From positions 3,906,001 through 3,970,000 of the forward strand of contig JANJGN010000052.1 in the NCBI GenBank assembly GCA_026770705.1: a DNA stretch of 64,000 nt. The letters run 5' to 3'. The translations under genes were made by a program, and so were the position numbers. This DNA is from Isurus oxyrinchus. Lineage: Eukaryota. Below, piece by piece: positions 13,434 to 25,094 of this stretch (position 1 is the first letter of the stretch; each line of letters opens with the position of its first letter). Under the pieces are notes generated by a model, which saw only the letters and a program-made list of their open reading frames with translations, searched no databases and had not been told where the DNA came from.

Positions 13434-13682
13434 TCAGTTATGCTCGAACCTGATCTGTGCGTATTCCGTCTCCTGATCCCTGTGGACAGACCCATCATCA
13501 CTGGACATCCTCAATACTTGGGGATTGGCGTAGAGAAGGTCGTTGGGATTGTCGATGTGCCAATGTCCAGCATCGCCTCCCAATGCACCTTCAGAGAGAC
13601 CCCGGGGAGCTGGGGTCTCCCCCTTACTAGTTGTGTCTCTGGTTGTGTTCCGGGGCTCAGTAATCAGCACGTTCTGTTTACC
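13434..13682 (-). pseudogene. Second orphan Siglec terminal cytoplasmic exon (LLYANP; TEYAQI)
   Basis: ctgtag| acceptor, 249 nt, open; upstream lies minisatellite, then the gene B promoter on the opposite strand. Confidence 0.85.
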
Positions 13683-13824
13683 CTACAGAGAAATGGAAAC
13701 AGAAGACATCCTCACATCAATTACTGGCACTGATAGGGTTAAATTATTGTGCAGCCTCGTTAGTGTCAGTCGTGTCTCAGTGGGTTTAACCCTCTCTCTC
13801 ATGTCATCTGAAAGAAACCACCTA

Positions 13825-14400
13825 TGGCAGTGCAGTGCTCCCTCAGTACTGACCCCCCCGACTGTGCAGAACATCCTCAATAGTGACCCTCTGTCAGTCT
13901 CGCACTCCCTCTGTACAGTGCAGCACTTCCTTAGCACTGACCCTCTGACAGTGCAGCACTCCCTCGGAACTGACCCTCCATCAGTGCAGCGCTCACTCAG
14001 TACTGACCCTCCAACAGTGCAGCACTCCCTTAGCACTGACCCTCTGACAGTGCAGCACTCACTCAGTACTGACCCTCCATCAGTGCAGCACTCCCTTAGC
14101 CCTGACCCTCTGACAGTGCAGCACTCCCTCACTACTGACCCTCCAACAATGCAGCACTGCCTTAGCACTGACCCTCTGACAGTGCAGCACTCACTCAGTA
14201 CTGACCCTCCAACAGTGCAGCACTCCCTTAGCCCTGACCCTCTGACAGTGCAGCACTTCCTTAGCACTGACCCTCTGATGGTGCAGTACTCCCACATTAC
14301 TGACCCTCTGACAGTGCAGCACTCACTCAGTACTGACCCCTCCAACATTGCAGCATTCCCTCTGCACTGACCCTCTGACAGTGCAGCACTCCCTCAGTAA
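13825..14400. repeat. 33-bp SINE-derived minisatellite
   Basis: About 16 tandem units. Confidence 0.9.
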
Positions 14401-14619
14401 TGATACCACAGATTGTCGACATGGACCATATGGCCAGAGACCTGTATTGGGAACTCTTATCGCCTGAGTTTCAGCCTCCGAGGTGAGGGGAAGGGGTTTA
14501 ATCCCACGGAGCCATTGGAGAAGCTTCATGACTACAGCTGCCCAAATATGAGCTGACAGATCATCACATGGTAAACGTTTTGCTGAGAGCACAAAACATC
14601 CTCAATCTTCTCACTGATT

Positions 14620-14763
14620 ACCCACTTCCACATTTTGTCTCACAGTGACACATCAACCCTTTCTAATTAAATACACAGAGGGAGCAGCACAGGAAGAGGT
14701 CATTCTGCCCAAGCAGAGCGGGTGGGCAGTTCCTCCCCAGGCAAGCAGTCGGACAGGTCCTGG
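14620..14763 (+). promoter_or_regulatory. Gene B putative promoter and non-coding first exon
   Basis: Inverted homolog of 6195-6340; CACTTCC ETS site, TAATTAAATA, CCTGG|gtaagt donor at 14764. Confidence 0.55.
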
Positions 14764-15213
14764 GTAAGTAACGGAACGATTGGAATTCACTTCCACCACC
14801 AACACTGTCCTTTGTTGATGTTGTGACTTTATAAAGACAGATTCCAATGATTGATGCCTTTGAAAGATTTCTACTGATTATTGAGATCTGGGTGTGAGGC
14901 TCAAGTCTGTTGTACAGAACATCTTTCTAGCTCAAGGGATGAGGGAAGAGCAGAGACATGAGCTTTGGGACATCTTGAGGTGGTGCAAGGTGCTATAGAA
15001 ATGCAAACCCTTCATTGTTTTTCTTTGTTAAAGTCTTGTGACTCTCTGCAGAGCACCTATCATCCCACAGATAATCAAATTAGTCTGAGAAAACATTGCC
15101 TAAAAGCAGTTCTGATCTCTCGAGAGCTGTCGGACAATAGGTGAGGTCTCATTATCTCCTTTCTCTTTCATAGCTTGAGAGTCAGAAGTGGATGGAATAT
15201 CTGGCAGTGGACA

Positions 15214-15253
15214 ATGATCGGGAAATCTTACTTCCTCCTGTCACTTCTCCAAG
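15214..15253 (+). CDS. Siglec-like gene B: leader coding part, MIGKSYFLLSLLQ
   Basis: ATG at 15214, CAAG|gtaata donor, phase 1. Confidence 0.88.
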
Positions 15254-16500
15254 GTAATATCATCGTCAGCTCAGACAGATTTATGGCTAATAGTCTTTGT
15301 AAAAGATCATTCTTATTGAGCTGTGATTGGGAACCGATTCAGCAGTGAGCCAGTGTACAACCTCACACCAAGTCCCATTCACCCATCACCCCTGTGCTCA
15401 CTGATATACACTGACTCCATGTCTGACAGCAGAATTGGAGGAGAATAGAGATCTCAGAGGGTTGTAAGAACTGGAGGAGGTTACAGAGATAGGGAGGGGA
15501 GAGGGTGGATTGCGGGTAAGAAATCAATGATGAGAATTTGAAATTTGAGTCATTGCTGGACTGGGAGCCAATGTAGGTCAGTGAGTGACAGGGGAGCGAT
15601 CGGCTGAATAGAGAAACAGGGATAAAAACTGGGGAATGAGGTCTATCCTGATGCTAGGACTCGGATAACAATGCCCTGAAATTTTGTGTCATTTGCTGAT
15701 TTTAGTCAGAATTTCCCATGAAGACAACACAGCAGCTCCTAGAATAGACAGGCTGTTCAGTGTCACACTTCCTGTCCATTCTCACCATGCTAGATACTTC
15801 AATAAGGGAGCAAGATAACTGAAAGAGAGAAGGAAGGTAAAGCTGTCTGTGTGTAAAACTGTCAAATATTCTGAGTTATCATGAGTGTCTCTGACCTGCT
15901 GCAGAGTTTAAATTTCACAGAATCTGAGCACTTTGCAGCTCAGAGAGAGACCATTGACTCACTGCCTGAAAGGGCGGTGGAAGCAGATTCAACAGGAACT
16001 TTCAGAAGGGGAACTGGATAAATACTTGAAGGGGACATTTTGCAGGGCTGTGGAGGAGAGAGCAGAGGTTAGAGTGGGACTTATTGGACAGAACTTTCAA
16101 AGGCCCAGCACAGGCTCGATGGGCCAAATGGCTTCCTTCTCTTCCAGATCATTCTGCAATCTGATAAATTAAGCCCCACATCAATAACTCTTAAGGCTCC
16201 TGCTGCAGGGATGGATCTTTGAGAAGGACAGAGAATAAGAGGTTTCTGGTATCATTTTCATATTGTACTGAATCTTGCTGCCAGAATGTTTGGTCACCGC
16301 TGATCACCATGTTGTGTTTTTATAATGATATAAAGGCACCAGCCACTGATACGGAATTGGGTAAATACATTGTGGGTTCAGTTATTTTGAATAGGGACAT
16401 GAGAACAGATGTACAAGGATAGAAAGCTGGGAGACACCTGCAGCCAAACTGTGTGAGCTGTGTTCTGCTCACAGACAAAAGTGAAACTTGGACTGGATGG

Positions 16501-18900
16501 TGTTATCATCCCAGCTGATGTTACTACTGGGCAAGTCAGATCCCAGGGTGGAACTCAGCTTGATAGGTCCTAACTTATATTTTTTATTTAGGAATGTGGA
16601 GTGCGGCTACTAAACAGAGTCACAGGAGTCATCTGATGAACTTCTAACAAAAGAATAAAACATTTATTAAACTAGGAAAGACAAACTATATGACATTACT
16701 CCTTCACCCAGACCTATACATTTACAGTTTCATAAGGATAACACAATTACAATAACTAACTTATACTCTCATGTTCACACTAAGTACACAGTCGATGTAA
16801 AACAGTAGACGACCTGGGGTCAGGGACACCACATTCTGAAACCAAGTGACAGAACCCACTTGGAACAAATGCTCCGGGTCCCTCCTCAACTGACTCTAGA
16901 CGCTTGTTACACCGTGAGGCAACTGGTCTAACGAAACTGCTTCTTTCATATGAGGGTTTCCAATCTCTACTCACCAAGTGCTCTCTTTGGAATCTTCTCC
17001 AACATGACACTTTCACTCAGACACCTTCCACAAGGGTCCACTTTCACTATTTCAAACTCTCCTTCCCATGTTCCTGCCCCCTGGATCGCCACGTGCATTC
17101 AGCCTTCCTTCCACGCCCTGTCTCTCCAATGCTCAGCCGTGTCAATGGAACACCATGGCTTCACTTGGCCGTAGTAATGAGTCACCAACCTGTGGTGTCT
17201 CCTAGGATCTTCTGGCTTCTCACAAGCCTTTTTTGCTTTGGGTCTGTGTCCTTTTGCCCATTCTCTTTTAGCTTGGATCCCTCCTCTGAACCTCAACCTT
17301 AACTTGACTTAACAGGACCTTGTCCAGATTCCTGATCTTCCTTGGACTAGAGGGTCTTCTTGGCCCTTTCTCCTGTTCCACTCGATAGTTTTGGCTTCTT
17401 CTTTACTTTGGGACTGACTATCTGTCCCGCTCCTTTGCTGCTTCTCCTGGCAACTCCTTTCAACAGAACTGAAAGTACTTTTCTGTTTTTCTCTGTCTCT
17501 GTGGGACCTTCCCTCTGGATCACTGTTGCCAGGCAACAGCACAGTTTCTTACACATTGTATTTGTTTTGACTTTCCTTCAACAGTCACCAAACCTCATTA
17601 GATTTCTGGCTTCTATAAAAATGAAACTAAAAGTCAAGTTTCCCCCTTTCTTAACACACAAATACAGAAATCAAACTAAACTTGAACTTAAAGATAGACC
17701 TTATGCCTAACACACACAAATACACATAGAACTTACTTAACCTATCCCCAGTTCCTAAAAATCACATGACACACTTCCCCTCGAGTGATGTCATGCTGCT
17801 GTCCCTGAAAGGCATATTACAGCAGTGTTATCACTTGGCAGGTGATGTGTGCCAGGCAGACCAAGTCCATGAGAGAAAGGTGGTCACACGATCATAATGA
17901 TTTTGCAATTTGTATTTATTATGAGATGTGTGCACTGAATTCAGAAGCAATAATTACTCTAGGAACTTTAGAGATTTGAAAATTAAATTAAAATACTTGC
18001 TCTCAGAAGAAATGATATCATGCATGTACATGACACTACAATTACCATTTTAATAATAATTCTTAAAATTCCGAAATAACCTGACTCCCAGTTACACTCC
18101 CTTTAAGGCAACGGTCCAAAAATAGAGTTTATATTTAAAACAAACTCAGCAAGTTAACACAATATAAAAGCAATACCCTGCACAGAGGAATTCCAAGTGG
18201 CTTTTCCCCAACTTCAGTTCTGTTGGATAGCAGGCTTGTGCACAAATGCTAGTGGTTTCATTAAGACTATATCACACACTCGTGTTAGATCTTACATGGC
18301 ATTCTGACACATAGCCTTTCATTCTCCCTGATAGATATATATTTCTCTCTTTGTAACATGAAAATTCTATTGTTCCAAATGTTTTTGAAACTGTATCTTC
18401 CTCATAACAAATTCTTTTGTGGTGCCCATATTGCCAAGAGCCTTTGAGAAAAATAAGCACATTCCTTAGTCTTGCTTATCTGGCTATTTGTAAACAAACT
18501 AAGATTCCTTTGAAATCCAACAACCCCTTCATTGAAATAAAAATGCAAATTCTCTTCATACCTTCCATGCTAAGCAGCATCCATGTTTACTCAATAGCAT
18601 GTCAAGCACCTAGCTCCTTTTGATCATTTTAAACTTCCAATCTAATTAACTCCAAATGTACTTAAATCACATGCAGACCCATCATGCGTACCCCCATAAA
18701 CCTACTTCACAATATACTATAAAATTTTATGAAAATTATTATACTTTCATCACAATAGGAACCACTGCCTTAGACACTGAGGATCTAGGACAGCTAGGCC
18801 AATTCATGATTCATGATGGTGATAATGGGGGAATTCTGAAGGCTCCTAATCCATTGTCCTAGTTTGTAAATCAGCAGTGAACTCACTTCAATTAGTGTGT
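16501..18900 (-). mobile_element. Two adjacent LTR-like repeats in the leader-V intron of gene B
   Basis: TGTTA/TGTCATG starts at ~16501 and ~17789; the second resembles the reverse complement of the other LTR-like elements; absent from the gene A intron. Confidence 0.5.
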
Positions 18901-19145
18901 CTTGTAGACACTGTGTTGGGTGGAAGACTGGCTTCACTAAGCAGGTTCCTGAGGGCCACGAGCCAATGTAGAATGAACTTGTCCACTCCTGTATCCAGGA
19001 TTCTCTTCAATGTGTTGTGAAACATTGGGGCATTCATTGTGAGTCCAGACTGCAGCCACTGTGCCCCAGTGATGGAGGGGGTGGATTTTGAGTCTAGTGG
19101 ATTGACAAAACATTCAGAGTTAAATATTGATATTTCTCCCCCTAG

Positions 19146-19511
19146 CTGGACTACCACAAGTGTGGAAAGGTGACACTCCAGGAGAGGTGACAGCGCAGGA
19201 AGGTTCGTGTGTACAGATTCCGTGTCATTACAGCTACCCATCATATTTAGTACCGAGATCACCTGTTGGAATCTGGTATATGAGAAGGAATTGGGAAACA
19301 TGGTCTATAGCCTTTCACTCCAAGGATCACAGTCGCGAGTTACCACGGTTCCACCATCGGACCCGGCTTTCTGGAGACCTGAAAGATGGTGACTGTTCCC
19401 TGATTATAAACAACATCAGACGGGAAGATGCAGGATATTATTTATTCAGAACAGATTTTGACAGCAGGAATAGATACAACGACCGTCCTGAAACCCAGCT
19501 TCATGTTTCTG
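19146..19511 (+). CDS. Siglec-like gene B: V-set exon V1
   Basis: ccctag| and TCTG|gtaagt; 366 nt; SCVQIPC, GDCSL, DAGYYLFRTD with the essential Arg. Confidence 0.93.
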
Positions 19512-20384
19512 GTAAGTGCTGTGTTATAATTACTCAACAATTCACATCCAACACTCAATGGGAAATAATAGTGTTTGATTTGCTTGTTTTTTGGCCGTGT
19601 TAACCAGCGTCACTATTTTTAATGATTTGTCTATTTCTGCTCCCAGATCCATGAGCTTATTGTGTGTGATTGAATCCACATCATAGCTGTAACGTAAACC
19701 GAGCTGAGGGGTGATGACACCTCCCCCCTGAGTGAAGTGTCTCCTCCCCACTACACCTTCCACCCCTCACACTGTCTGTGTAATCTCCCGTCCCATCCCC
19801 AGCCTCTCTTTCCCCTCCAAAGTCCTGCAACGTGTTTCCATCTCCCGAATCCGTTCCCATCTTTCCCGGAACTCCATGTTTGAATCCCTTCAATCAGGTT
19901 CCCACCCCAGCCACTGTGCTGAAACAGCTCTTATTTTTATTGAGCCAATGCCAAGCCCCGATACCGAGCGAGAGCCTCCTCATTTGCTGAGTTTAAGGTG
20001 ATGAGTCAGCCCCTTAGTCCGTAGAGGGGATTCTCCTCGGTAATGTGCAGCCTTGTTTGTGTCTCTCCACAAGTGCATGAGGGGTTTGTACAGAGGCTGC
20101 AGCGCTGGAGGGGGTCTGCACAGGGGTCCTGGCCTGTCCTGAGCCAGTTTTAGCAAGGACAACTCTGGCCTTGGCAGCTGAAAGCCAGCCATTGGACAGA
20201 CGGGGCCTGTCACAAGGAGCCTGTTAGTCCCTCCCCCCCGTGTCTCCTGTGCTCAGATCCAGACCATGTTGGCTGGTGGATCTGGCTCAGGAAGGGTCCT
20301 CCCCATGGGACCCCCAGATGGAAGGTGGGTCGAGCGGGTCAGTCACTTGCATGTTTATTCTGCAGCTTTAATATTTTAGGAAGG

Positions 20385-21120
20385 TAAGAATGTAGGAACA
20401 TAAGAAATAGGGACAGGAGCAGGCCATTCGGTCCCTCCAGCCTGCTCTCACTGATCTGGTTGCGGCCTTAACTCCATTTTCCTGCTTGTCCCCCAAACCC
20501 TTGACTCCCTTGTCGATCAAAAACCTGCCTCACTCAGCCTTGAGTCTATTCAATGGCCCAGCCTCCACTGCTCTCTGGGGAAGAGAATTCCACAGGCTAG
20601 CGCCCCTCTGAGAGAGGAAATTCCTCCTCATCTCAGTCTTAAATGGGAGAGCCCTCATTCCGAAACTGTGCTCCCTGGTTCTAGATTCCCCCACGAGGGG
20701 GAAACATCCTCCCAGCATCCACCCTGTCAAGCCCCCTCGGAATCGGATATGTTTCAATAAGGTCACCCCTCATTCTTCTAAACTCCAATGGATACAGGCC
20801 CAACCTGCTCAACATTTCCTCACAGGACAAACCCTTTAATCCTAGGAATCAGCCCAGTGAAGCTTCTCTGAACTGCCTGTACACAATGATCCTGTTACAA
20901 TCTCACTAACACCCTGTGCAGCTGTTGCAAAACTTCCCTCCTTTTATACTCCATCCCTTTGCAATAAAGGCCAACATTCCACTTGCCTTCCTCATTCCGT
21001 GGTGTTCCTGAATGCTGACTTTCTGTGATTCATGTACCAGGACACCCAGATCCCTCTGTACTGCATTCTGCAGCCTGTCTCCATTTAAATTATATCCTGT
21101 TTTTCTATTCTTCCTGACAA
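20385..21120 (-). mobile_element. CR1-clade LINE 3' fragment
   Basis: QRDLGVLVHESQKVS.., FKTEMRRNFLSQR..LWNSLPQRAVEA; CR1-type tail. Confidence 0.85.
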
Positions 21121-21241
21121 TATAATTTGTTGCCATTCTCCTCAGTATTGACCATCCCCCCAATTCAGCCTCATCTGTAAATATTGGGTTCAGTGGATCC
21201 ACAAACCATCCAGAGATAAATATTGAGATTTCTCTCCCCAG

Positions 21242-21607
21242 CTGAACCCTCGCAAGAGTGGAAAGGTGACAATCCACGAGAGGTGACAGTGCAGGAAGGT
21301 TCGTGTGTACAGATTCCATGTCATTACAGTTATCCATCGTGTCTGGAAAACCAACCGCGAGGTGGAGTCTGGTTTAATAATGAGGAATGGAGAACATCGT
21401 CTATAGCCTTTCACTCCAAGGATCACAGTCACGAGTTACCACGGTTCCACCATTGCACCTGGCTGTCTGGAGACCTGAAAGATGGCGACTGTTCCCTGAT
21501 TATAAACAACATCAGACGGGAAGATGCGGGTCCTTGTTTTTTCAGAATAGAATTTGACAATGGTCCGAGGCATAACTATTACCCTGTAACCCAGCTTCAC
21601 ATTTCTG
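21242..21607 (+). CDS. Siglec-like gene B: second V-set exon V2 (open frame, possibly impaired)
   Basis: ccccag| and TCTG|gtaagt; 366 nt; Arg kept (FFRIE); three extra Cys, one replacing the tyrosine-corner Tyr (DAGPC). Confidence 0.85.
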
Positions 21608-22335
21608 GTAAGTGCTGTGTTATAATTACTCAACAATTCACATCCAACACTCAATGGGAAATAACACAAACTGTGACGTTTACGTATTAACACAAAACAC
21701 AGCTTATTATAACACGCTGTCTGATTCTCAATAACCTGGTGATCGCTTCCAATTCACTCCTAAAGCAACCTCTAATACTCACTTTAATATCAATGATTAA
21801 ATGTATTGACTGTGTCCATCAATGTTATCAGGTTATCCACTCCTATCGATCTCTCTAATCCTGTCTCGAAGTCTGACTTAGCGACAGAAGAAAGATTCAC
21901 ATTTCTGTAGCACCTTTCACCACCTCAGCATGGACCAAATCACTTCACAGCCAATGAGCTGATTCCTGATTTGTAGTTACTATTGTAATGTGGGAAACAC
22001 AGCAACCAATTTGCACACAGCAAGCTCCCACAAATTGCAAAGTAAAAAATGGCCCAGATCGCTGAGGGACTGATGGGTTAGTGCACTCCAAACTCTGGTC
22101 TGCTCCACCACCCTCACCCACTATTATCAGTTCAAGTGTCTCGGAGTGAACGTGTATTAAGCTGAGAGACAGAAACACCAAAGTCTCAAAGCAGGAAATT
22201 CTCTCCTAATCATTGTAACCTCTCAGATCTGATATCATCCTTGTAAAAGTGCTTTTTCTTGTGGGACTGTGATTTCTATTTGAACTGATGCTTCACGTTA
22301 TATTTCTCTAAAAGGATCCATTCTCTGTCTGTTAG

Positions 22336-22632
22336 ATTTCACAGATAAACCCACGATATTCCCTGCTGAAATTATTGCAGGAAAGCCTGTGGATGTAAGC
22401 TGCACCTTCAACACAACGTGCAATGGAACAGCAGCACCTGTCTTAACCTGGGACACTCCCACTGACGTACCTGGATCAGTCTCAAACACTGTAACTCAGC
22501 ATGATGTCACTCTGACCTATACTTCTGTTCTGACCCTGATCCCATCACTCAAACACCACGGACACACTCTCAGCTGCAGAGTGAGATATCCATCTGTTTC
22601 ATCGGAGCGGACCCTCGTACTAACTGTGCAAG
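22336..22632 (+). CDS. Siglec-like gene B: C2-set exon
   Basis: tgttag| and CAAG|gtaagt; 297 nt; almost identical to the gene A C2 exon, Trp intact (LTWDT). Confidence 0.93.
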
Positions 22633-22954
22633 GTAAGTACAGACACCCTTCATTCTACATCAGCACTCCCTCAGCGCTGACCCTCTGACAGTGCAGCCTG
22701 TTCTCAGTATCCACATTCTCAGACCTCTCAAAGTGCTTCACAGTCGATAGAAGTTAACTGATCTTTATTTGATTGTTGCTGAATGAAGAGACAAGCTGTC
22801 TAAACTTTACATCTCACACACATTATTTTCCATGGCAACACCTCCTCCAATCAGAGACCACTTGCTGATTAACCAGCACTCTCTTCCCTTTAAATATAAA
22901 TTGTTGTTCACTTTCTGTTGGTAAACCTGCAATCTGTCTTGTTGAGTCCGGTCC

Positions 22955-23108
22955 TGACATCTGAATATCACAATGAACAGAACAAGTTCCAACAATGAGC
23001 TGTGGTTGGTGATTCCTCACGTTACATCCAGGGACACTGGAGACTATCAGTGTGCTCAGAGAATGAACATGGAGCAGTGGAGGGGTTCATAACCATCACT
23101 GTGGAACG
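22955..23108 (+). pseudogene. Gene B: disrupted Ig3 exon (3' half only)
   Basis: 5' half and acceptor replaced by unrelated sequence; begins TGA; 1-nt deletion (tgtgctcagag vs tgtgtggcagag); donor gttagt. Confidence 0.88.
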
Positions 23109-24221
23109 TTAGTTAAGACAAACTTCAACATCTCTCTCAGATTGAAACACTACAGAAACACACATAAATATCCAGCCTTAAATAGACACCTGCAGACACA
23201 CAATCCCACATCTATGAGCACACACAAAGACACACTCACAAACAAACACACTAGCACATACTCCCCTGTGGATTACCTGACCTCCCTCAGTGCTGCACCG
23301 GAGAGTTGACCTGGATTCTGGGATTTGTGTTCCCTTTCATATTTATGGAAGAATATGGAAATTGCAAAGTCTATTACAGACACTCAGATGCACAGAGATA
23401 CTCACAGATACTCTCTGCCTCTCCAACTCTCTATCCTACTTTAAGAACCTTCCTGAAATCTAACTCTTTGACCAGTCACCTGTCCCAATTCCTCCTTACG
23501 TGATTTTGTGTGAAATTTTGTTTGAGTATCTGAGAGTAAGAGGGAAGTGGAGAGGTTTAGGAAGGGAATTCCTGTTGGTGAAAAGCTTACATCATGTTCT
23601 CAGCTTTCCAGTGCCCATTTTTCACATGATGTCCATGTTCATAATGGGGATTGCCTATGTAAACATCACGCTGTAGTTACACTCTCCCACCAGTGGTAGC
23701 ACGGTAACACTTAACCCTTGCATCTCCAAGCTTTTCAAGCAATTTCACTTCCTAATTTCCTACTATTCACCTCAACCATTCCCTGTGGGAGCGAGTTCCA
23801 TATTCTCCCCTCTCTCTGGGTAAAGATTGGAACTGTTTATTAAGCGGGGGGTGTAAGTCCGTGGGGGAGTCCATCCCGATACTGCCCGATTCGCACACAC
23901 GGCTGAGATGGATTTTCACCCGGCACTAAAGGTTTCCAGAATTTTCTACAGAACAATCCTGTACACAGCGATGGAGAGAAACATTGGACAGGGAGTCCAA
24001 CAGCACAATGATCCATTCTCACCAATGTTCCACGCTAAGGAGAAAGTTCCGATTGTCCACTCTTAGAGTGTTTACAATGAAAACATTCCTTCCACATTGA
24101 ATCCCAGTGGATGGGTCAATATTACAGCAAATGTTGCAGTGATATGAAGCTTGATTGTTCAGCCAGAGTGAGAGATTGAAAGCGGAGAGTCAGTGATGAT
24201 TTCTTTCTGTGTGTTCTCTAG

Positions 24222-24361
24222 ACAGTGGAGGAGAGATTCTGCACGTGATCCTGATCCTGGGAATACGAGCTGTGATATTCCTTGTGGCTGTGGTTATCAC
24301 TATCACTGGAGTCTGTGTCTGGGAGAGACAAACAGTGAAAGGAAGTCGACAGACTGTTTGA
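24222..24361 (+). CDS. Gene B: terminal exon, activating-type TM with Arg and a short tail (DSGGEILHVILILGIRAVIFLVAVVITITGVCVWERQTVKGSRQTV*)
   Basis: ctctag| acceptor, phase 1, in frame with C2; hydrophobic helix with one Arg; no Tyr motifs; TGA at 24359-24361. This frame is not in the ORF track. Confidence 0.85.
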
Positions 24362-24745
24362 AGCTTTGTACAGCAACAATCTGGTCAGTCAGTGCGGACA
24401 AATAACGTGTGATGTTGTGTTAAGTTGTAATGAAACTGGTCAGTGTCCTGGTTATAATCATCTCCGTATCATCGAGTCATTCCAGCAATGGAGGAGGACA
24501 TTTGGCCCATTGAGTCTATGCTGTCTCTCTGTAAAGCAATCCACTCAGTCCCATCCCCTGCTCTATCCCCGTATCCCTGCAAATTTATTTCCAAATGTCC
24601 GTCCAATTTCCTTTTGAAATTGTTCATCGAATAGGAATGAACAGAAATGTGACGTTGCTAAACTCTGTTCTCTGATTGGAATGTGCTTTCTGAATGCTGC
24701 ACCTTTTTCATGCTGCGATAGATTGTAAGAAGCATTTGGCTTATG

Positions 24746-24751
24746 AATAAA
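24746..24751 (+). terminator. Putative polyadenylation signal for the activating terminal exon
   Basis: AATAAA about 385 nt after the stop codon. Confidence 0.5.
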
Positions 24752-25094
24752 ATTACATTGATTAACTCAAGTGATTAAAATGCTCAGCCTGTTCTGTAGA
24801 TATTTAAAGATTAAAATTCTTGTTTTGCTGCAAAATACTTGGCTCAAAGACATAGCTTCCTGTTGTCACGTTTTCCAATCAGATGAATTCCTCTGTCCAT
24901 CTTTATAATAGAAATTTCCAATGTAAACATGTCACATTGTAACTGCACACTCTTGCCAGTGGGTGGTGTGATACCAAAGCTGTCTTGCTGCAGAGAAACA
25001 GCGAGAAATATTCCTGTTGTGTGCATGAACTTCATGTTAGCATGAGACACAGGCATCAGATGAAATTTTGTGCAATTTGTACAATGTTCTTTAG

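Noticed and set aside
13543-14370. Long ORFs with 11-aa repeats (TVQHSLSTDPL, RPSDSAALPQF), here and at 25, 44 and 52 kb
   Set aside because: Products of a 33-bp (multiple of 3) minisatellite, open in several frames on both strands.
24193-24405. ORF-track peptide MMISFCVFSRQW..
   Set aside because: Wrong frame; the splice-defined frame encodes the TM helix.
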